Source: Chloroflexota bacterium (GTDB taxonomy: Bacteria > Chloroflexota > Anaerolineae > Anaerolineales > UBA11579). Taken from it: a DNA stretch of 64,000 bases. Below, piece after piece: positions 58,157 to 64,000 of the stretch (position 1 is the first letter of the stretch; each line of letters begins with the position of its first letter). A program made the translations under genes and the position numbers. The notes beneath the pieces were generated by a model. It ran no database searches, had not been told where the DNA came from, and worked only from the letters and a program-made list of their open reading frames with translations. The DNA lies in contig JAMCZK010000038.1 in assembly GCA_023485685.1 (NCBI GenBank), forward strand, positions 1,594-65,593. The letters are read 5' to 3'.

Positions 58157-59242
58157 TTACTTCGCCTTACGTGAATGGCTGGGCTTGGAATCCCCTTCAG
58201 GTTTGGCAAAGATCATGCGGCCCGCGGCCGTCTGCAGCACCTTCGTCACCGAGGTTTGCACGTCCTGCCCCAACAATTCGCTGCCGTCCTGCACCACCAC
58301 CATGGTGCCATCATCCAGGTAACCCACACCCTGGCGGGCCTCGCGCCCTTCTTGAATAATCCGCACGGTCAATTCTTCACCTGGCAGAAAGACCGCTTTT
58401 ACAGCGTTTGCCAAATCATTGATGTTAAGAATCGTCACGCCCTGCAATTCCGCCACCCGATTCAAATTGAAATCGTTAGTAAGGATTGGCGCATGCATTT
58501 GCCGCGCCAGAATGACCAGCTTGTCATCCACCTCGCGCGTGCCCTCGACATCGATGTCACTGATGTACACCGGCAGCCGCGGATCCTTCTGCAAATTGGC
58601 TAACACCTCCAAGCCGCGGCGCCCGCGCTGGCGGCGCAGCTTGTCTCCAGAATCGGCGATGTGCTGCAACTCAGCGAGCACAAAACGCGGAATGAGTAGT
58701 GAGCCGGCCAGGAAACCTGTTCGCACGATGTCCGTAATGCGGCCATCAATAATGACGCTGGTGTCCATCAAGATGCTGCGGGTATTGTCTCCGGATTTGA
58801 CGCGCGAATCTCCACCACGGGAAGGGAGGAAACTAAACACAGAAAGGATATCGTTTTGGCGAGTGATAAAGATGGCCACCCCAAAGTAAGCCAGGATAAT
58901 GGCAACAGCTATTGGTAGGATTTGGCTGAAAGGCCGCGGAAGCAAAGACAAAGGGAACGCCAGAAGACCGGCGATGACCAGACTGAGGATCAGACCAAAC
59001 AGTCCAGCCAGCAAGGTCCGCGAGGACAATTGGCCCAACAGGCGCCGGGCGGCACGGATAGGGCGGAGAGTCAGCCAGGGAGTAAGCACCAACCCGGCCA
59101 GCACCCCTACCAGCGCAAACACCAGCACCCAACGTTCTGCATCAGCGGCATCCGCCATGCGGGCCAGGTTTGCCCCCAGATACAGGCCCCCCACTCCCAA
59201 TACGATCATGCCAATCAGGCGGGATACAAATTCGACGCTCAT
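58157..59242 (-). CDS. PIN/TRAM domain membrane protein (YacL-like)
   Basis: DTSVIIDGRI, TNDFNLNRVA, GVGYLDDGTMVVV, LQTAAGRMIFA. Confidence 0.92.
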   Translation of the reverse strand: MSVEFVSRLIGMIVLGVGGLYLGANLARMADAADAERWVLVFALVGVLAGLVLTPWLTLRPIRAARRLLGQLSSRTLLAGLFGLILSLVIAGLLAFPLSLLPRPFSQILPIAVAIILAYFGVAIFITRQNDILSVFSFLPSRGGDSRVKSGDNTRSILMDTSVIIDGRITDIVRTGFLAGSLLIPRFVLAELQHIADSGDKLRRQRGRRGLEVLANLQKDPRLPVYISDIDVEGTREVDDKLVILARQMHAPILTNDFNLNRVAELQGVTILNINDLANAVKAVFLPGEELTVRIIQEGREARQGVGYLDDGTMVVVQDGSELLGQDVQTSVTKVLQTAAGRMIFAKPEGDSKPSHSRKAK

Positions 59243-59604
59243 AACACTCCTGAGGACCTCGGGGCCTGCGTTAAACAATTCGCGCAGACAGAGGTCTGCG
59301 CTCAAGCCAAGCACCGGGCAATTGTCCGGAGTCCCTTAGGATGACGCCTTCTGGCTCACCGCTGTTTCGTGGATGTAAAATCCATCCTAATAAGTGCTGT
59401 GCCAGCCCAAGGGCCTTGGCGTGAGGCAATAAATGCGTGTGACAATAGAAACGAAACAGCAGCAATGATCGTATCATAGTAATGATCGATCATTGCAATA
59501 ATCGTAACATGTAGGAAGGCGAGCGTCAAACAGACCCACGAAACCCAAGCTCTTATGCTGCATTGACGTAATTCTGGTAGGATAAACCCAATACGCACAA
59601 ACTG

Positions 59605-60438
59605 ATGTCGAACCATATTATCAACGTAAACGAGACGGATTTCCAATCAGAGGTACTTCTTTACTCCAGCCAGCGGCCGGTAGTGGTCGACTTTTGGGCG
59701 GAGTGGTGCCTTCCTTGCCGCACCCTGGGACCCATCCTGGAAAAAATCGCCGAGGAATCCAACGGCGCTTTCCGTCTCGCAAAGTTAGACGTGGACTCCA
59801 ACCCCAAAGTAGCCAACGATTACGGCGTGCGCGGCATCCCCGCAGTGAAAGCATTCCGCAATGGGCAAGTAGTTGCCGAATTCAGCGGCTTGCGGCCCGA
59901 GCCACACGTTCGTGAGTTCCTGAACGCATTGGCGCCAGCCACCAGCGACCTGGCCGTGGGGCGTGCAGACAGCCTTCTGGCCGCCGAACACTGGTCCAAA
60001 GGCGAAGAAATCTACCGCCAAGTGCTCGACGAAAGTCCAGACCATCCTGGTGCGCTGTTGGGTCTGGCCCGCAGTCTGCTGGCGCAGGGAGCCGCCAGCC
60101 AAGCGCTGCCCATCCTGCGGGTTTTCCCAGTCAGCAAGCAATACGCCAAAGCGGAGCAACTCATTTCACTGGCCCAGGCCATAGCTGATCTGGAAAATAG
60201 CGAAACGGTCGATGAAAGCGAAGAACCACTGTCCGCGCAATACCATTCTGCGGTGCACTTGGCTAAGCGCGGCCAAATCTTCGCAGCCATGGACGGCTTG
60301 CTGGATATTTTGCGGCAGAACAAGAAATACAAGCAAGGAGAGATCCGCAGCCTGACGCTTGGCTTATTGGGGGTGTTGGGCGACGAGAATCCACAAACAC
60401 GAGCATACCGTTCTGAATTAACAAGTTTGCTTTTTTAA
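59605..60438 (+). CDS. Thioredoxin-TPR chaperedoxin (YbbN/CnoX-like)
   Basis: VDFWAEWCLPC, GIPAVKAF, TPR helices, YRSELTSLLF end. Confidence 0.88.
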   Translation: MSNHIINVNETDFQSEVLLYSSQRPVVVDFWAEWCLPCRTLGPILEKIAEESNGAFRLAKLDVDSNPKVANDYGVRGIPAVKAFRNGQVVAEFSGLRPEPHVREFLNALAPATSDLAVGRADSLLAAEHWSKGEEIYRQVLDESPDHPGALLGLARSLLAQGAASQALPILRVFPVSKQYAKAEQLISLAQAIADLENSETVDESEEPLSAQYHSAVHLAKRGQIFAAMDGLLDILRQNKKYKQGEIRSLTLGLLGVLGDENPQTRAYRSELTSLLF

Positions 60439-60466
60439 TTCGCACACATTCATCTATCATCGCCAC

Positions 60467-61708
60467 ATGACGGAAACCATGACAGAATCCTTCGAAGCCC
60501 AAGACGACCTCGGCCTGCTCGTGGCTCGCTATTTCGATATCCAAAAGACCATCAGAGGCGGAGGCAAGTACCCCTTCCTCATTCGCTTTGTAGGCCGCTT
60601 GACCGCGGACTCCGAGCGAGCCTATACGTCGTTGAGCCGCGATCTGAAGCGTTACAAGATCACGCCGCTGTTCCTCGAGGAAAAAGATCAGCAAGTCATT
60701 CAATTGATGCCGGCCCTGGTCAAGCCGAAGAAATCCAATCCCTGGATCAACCTGATTTTTTTCTTGCTCACCCTGGTGAGCATGCTAATGGCCGGCGCCT
60801 TATATAGCTACCAGGGCCCCGAACCCGACAGCACTTTAGGATATTTCCAGCTTGTGTGGGAGAACCTGGCCAGCGGCATCCCATTCGCCGTCAGCCTGCT
60901 GGCTATTTTGCTGGCTCACGAGTTTGGACATTATCTGGCGGCTCGCTATCACAAGACGGAAGTTACCTTACCTTATTTCCTTCCATTCCCGTTTAGCCCA
61001 TTCGGAACCTTGGGCGCATTTATTCAATTGAAGGAACCGCCGCGCAATAAGCGCGTGCTGCTAGATATCGGTATCGCCGGCCCGTTGGCGGGGCTCGTCG
61101 TCGCCATCCCGGTATTGCTGATTGGCTTGTCGCTTTCCGAGGTGAGCCAGATTCCGGAATTCCTCCGCGCTGGGCAGGCTTATAGCTTGGAAGGAAACTC
61201 TATCCTGTATCTCTTGGCGAAATTTTTCGTCCACGGTCAGTGGCTTCCTGCTCCTGCCAGCTTCGGAAACGTTTCGCCTTTGATGTATTGGCTGCGCTAC
61301 GTGTTCACCGGGTTGCCAAGTCCCATCGGCGGCATGGATGTCATGCTGCATCCCATAGCCTGGGCTGGGTGGGCAGGTTTGCTGGTTACCGCGCTGAACC
61401 TGATCCCCGCCGGTCAATTGGATGGCGGGCACGTGTTGTATTCGTTGTTCGGCAAGAACGCCAGGTACATCCTGCCTGTCATCCTGGTGGGGCTGGGCTT
61501 ATTGGGCTTCTTCTGGTCGGGCTGGTGGCTGTGGGTATTCTTAATATTAATGCTTGGCAGTTCCCACGCCCAGCCACTGGATCAGATCACCAAACTGGAT
61601 GCAAGTCGCACTGCACTGGCCGTTTTCGGATTGATCGTATTTATCCTGGTGTTTGTCCCCGTCCCCCTGCAAATCATTCAAGGCCCTTCCGCAGGATTAA
61701 TTCCCTAA
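60467..61708 (+). CDS. Site-2 protease (M50) family zinc metalloprotease
   Basis: HEFGH, AGPLAG, NLIPAGQLDGGH. Confidence 0.92.
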   Translation: MTETMTESFEAQDDLGLLVARYFDIQKTIRGGGKYPFLIRFVGRLTADSERAYTSLSRDLKRYKITPLFLEEKDQQVIQLMPALVKPKKSNPWINLIFFLLTLVSMLMAGALYSYQGPEPDSTLGYFQLVWENLASGIPFAVSLLAILLAHEFGHYLAARYHKTEVTLPYFLPFPFSPFGTLGAFIQLKEPPRNKRVLLDIGIAGPLAGLVVAIPVLLIGLSLSEVSQIPEFLRAGQAYSLEGNSILYLLAKFFVHGQWLPAPASFGNVSPLMYWLRYVFTGLPSPIGGMDVMLHPIAWAGWAGLLVTALNLIPAGQLDGGHVLYSLFGKNARYILPVILVGLGLLGFFWSGWWLWVFLILMLGSSHAQPLDQITKLDASRTALAVFGLIVFILVFVPVPLQIIQGPSAGLIP

Positions 61709-62640
61709 GGACGAACCTCGACTAACAAATCCACATTGACAATATCCGGACCCAGGCTGTAAACGATGAAATCGAATTCCGTTTCGCCTTCGCTTTCCCA
61801 CCGCCGGAAGCCGACCATGCGGCCTTCTGCGTCGTAAGCAACTGCTAACACCCAAACGGTCGCAGCTTCCCCTTCCTGAATCTCGACGCGGCCTACAACC
61901 CTGGCGGCCAGGCCATCTTCCGAGATGTCGAAACTGGATCCCTGGATCGTCGCCGCTAAGTAATAATTCGATTCCTCCGCCAATGAAAATGCGCTCAGCA
62001 ATTGTCCGCGGGCAGCCCTCCATTCTTCTGGCAGGCTGGATGAATAAGCTACCAGTGGCATCGCCCCTCCTGCTCCCAGAAGATTGAGCGGCGCGGTGGC
62101 CTCCATCGTGGTCACCAGTTCTCCATTAGCCGTAAGCAACTGGACCACCGCGGTAAGGTTTTCTACGCTGACGGCCAGCGTATTCTCAACAGGGAGAAAA
62201 CACCACAACTCCCCTGCAGCCGAGGCATAGCACCTGGTTTCGCCAACTGCTAAAGGGACAGGGGTCGGGGTTGGGATGCTGGCTACGGCGGTTCCACCCG
62301 CCACCGGCAGCAACAATGTGGTACCGGGCGTAAGCAGCTGTGGATCCGCATCGGGATTGGCGGCCATCAAAGCGTCCAGGCTGATGCCTAATCGGGCGGC
62401 GATAGTAAAGAATGTATCCCCCTCGGCCACAATATAAGTGGCAGGCGTCGGCGTGGGCAGGTCTAGCTCGTCGCCAGCATCGAGCGTTGGGGCCGCGGTA
62501 GGGATTGCTGTCTGGTAGGGGAGCAATACTGCAGTCGGCCCGCCGGTCGGGGTCGGTATCGACTCAATGGGTAAACAGGCGGTTAATACCACCAGCCACA
62601 ATGCAAACAGGGAAATTTTTTGACCCCGAAGAGAGGACAC
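61705..62640 (-). CDS. LysM-domain lipoprotein
   Basis: LTAC lipobox, PT linker, YIVAEGDTFFTIA..LMAANP..LTPGTTL; start uncertain. Confidence 0.85.
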   Translation of the reverse strand: MSSLRGQKISLFALWLVVLTACLPIESIPTPTGGPTAVLLPYQTAIPTAAPTLDAGDELDLPTPTPATYIVAEGDTFFTIAARLGISLDALMAANPDADPQLLTPGTTLLLPVAGGTAVASIPTPTPVPLAVGETRCYASAAGELWCFLPVENTLAVSVENLTAVVQLLTANGELVTTMEATAPLNLLGAGGAMPLVAYSSSLPEEWRAARGQLLSAFSLAEESNYYLAATIQGSSFDISEDGLAARVVGRVEIQEGEAATVWVLAVAYDAEGRMVGFRRWESEGETEFDFIVYSLGPDIVNVDLLVEVRP

Positions 62641-62779
62641 GGCGGGATTATACCTAGCAGGACACGGCCAGGTCGACGTATATTTCTTCAAGCCGACGTC
62701 ACCGGTGAGAGGGGGATAGCGATAATACGTGCCTGCTCATCTTGTCTGGCACCTGCCGCTGTGCTAGACTTCACGGGCG

Positions 62780-64000
62780 ATGCCGAACAGGGCGCGTTCT
62801 AAGGAAGAGATGCTGCAAGAAGCTGTGGAAGCGGGGCAAAGTGGCCAACCCGAGCGCGCCCGCAAACTGCTGCTTCGCCTCCTGCGACAGGATAATCGCG
62901 AACCGCTCTACTGGTTGTTGATGAGCACCGTGGTGGATTCGCGCGAGGAGCGCATCTACTGCCTTCAGAATGTGCTTTTCCTAGATCCGGAGAACAGCGC
63001 TGCGATTCACGACTTGGAGCTCTTGGGGGCGGAGATCCCCAAACCCGACACTCCTGCGCTCTTGCCGGAGGAGCCGGAAGATTGGCACACCAAAGAGATT
63101 GCTGCGCCCAAGATTCCCAAAAAAAGAAAGAAAAAGAAAGAAGAGCCCTGGTCGCTGTCGTGGATTGTTGCCAGCCTGGGTGTTGGACTTGTAATTATCT
63201 TATTAGGCTATTACGCGGCGCAGAATGGATTCTTGGACGTGCTGTTATCCACAGAAACACCTGGACCATCACTTGAGCCATCACAACAATCAGGGAGCAC
63301 CCCGACGTCACAGGACGAGCCGACAGCAACGCAAGAGATGTTGGTGGTGCCGCGCGACCCACAGGATTTATTAGAGGCGACCTACACGCCCACCCCGCGC
63401 TACATCAGCACCCCGCATCCGGGCGATGACAACTTCGAACAAGGTCTGGCAGCCCTCGACAATCAAAACTGGGATGCGGCAGCTGATTTCTTCCAGGGCC
63501 ATCTCGTTGCGAATCCACAATCAGCAGACGCGGCGTACTACCTGGGCCAGGCGCGCCTGGGCGCCGGGGACCTGGAGGCTGCCCAGACGGCCTTCCAACA
63601 GTCGCTGGCCATTGACCCCGAATTCGCGCCCGCCTATCTTGGCCGGGCACGCGTCGCCATCGCACAGGGCGCGGATTCCTCGCTGATCCTGACGGACTTG
63701 AACTCGGCTATTTTGCTTGATCCCAATTTCGTCGATGCTTACCTGGAGCGAGCCGCCTACAACCTCCGACGCGGCAATATCGAAGATGCCAACGATGACA
63801 TCAAAGCGGCGGAAGCCATCGCTCCCCTCTCCGCTCTTGTGCAATATCACAAGGCCCTGGTCTTGCTGGCCGGGGAAGATTATTCGGGAGCACTGCAAGC
63901 CAGCCAGCGAGCTTATGAACTTGATTTGACCTTATTGCCCAACTACCTCACCCGGGCCGAATCCCAGCAGGGCGTCCAACAATACGCCGCGTCCATTGAG
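62780..64000 (+). CDS. TPR-repeat membrane protein (runs off window end; not in ORF track)
   Basis: Manual reading MPNRARSKEEMLQEAV..WLLMS..CLQNVLFLDPEN, then TM and TPRs (AAYYLGQA, AIDPEFAPAYLGRA). Confidence 0.85.
   Translation, partial: MPNRARSKEEMLQEAVEAGQSGQPERARKLLLRLLRQDNREPLYWLLMSTVVDSREERIYCLQNVLFLDPENSAAIHDLELLGAEIPKPDTPALLPEEPEDWHTKEIAAPKIPKKRKKKKEEPWSLSWIVASLGVGLVIILLGYYAAQNGFLDVLLSTETPGPSLEPSQQSGSTPTSQDEPTATQEMLVVPRDPQDLLEATYTPTPRYISTPHPGDDNFEQGLAALDNQNWDAAADFFQGHLVANPQSADAAYYLGQARLGAGDLEAAQTAFQQSLAIDPEFAPAYLGRARVAIAQGADSSLILTDLNSAILLDPNFVDAYLERAAYNLRRGNIEDANDDIKAAEAIAPLSALVQYHKALVLLAGEDYSGALQASQRAYELDLTLLPNYLTRAESQQGVQQYAASIE

Overview
Bacterial chromosome segment of moderately high GC, probably Chloroflexota/Anaerolineae. 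That assignment is an inference from the IPVTG-type sorting signal, PT-rich surface proteins, the nurA-HAS-herA locus and GAAC-N4-GTTC-like boxes. Housekeeping blocks: pdhABC; cysS-rlmB; the tRNA-Thr/Tyr/Thr-tuf-rpmG-tRNA-Trp-secE-nusG-rplKAJL cluster; a two-component pair. The accessory-rich part (about 10-45 kb) holds tad minor pilins, an ABC exporter, hicBA and mazEF-like TA pairs, a RAYT transposase beside an ANT(6)/AadK-like gene, and an ECF/anti-sigma pair. It also holds a nurA-HAS-herA operon interrupted by a GIY-YIG gene inside a CGTC-palindrome array, and an AT-rich defence-like island at the herA 3' end (type II R-M, a small Zn-finger-like protein, and a coupled NA37/YejK-like + RelA/SpoT synthetase pair). 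A MarR-boxed operon combines an MFS pump with PEMT-like, psd and pssA lipid genes. The best candidates for uncharacterised systems are the NA37-like/alarmone-synthetase pair, the MarR lipid-remodelling operon, the GIY-YIG/CGTC-repeat element and an SOS-boxed membrane protein + lytic transglycosylase pair. Several palindromic and short tandem repeat families occur throughout, some in frame inside genes. Multiple single-base indels in short homopolymers suggest sequencing errors rather than true pseudogenes. All family calls come from motif recognition by eye; no database search was run.
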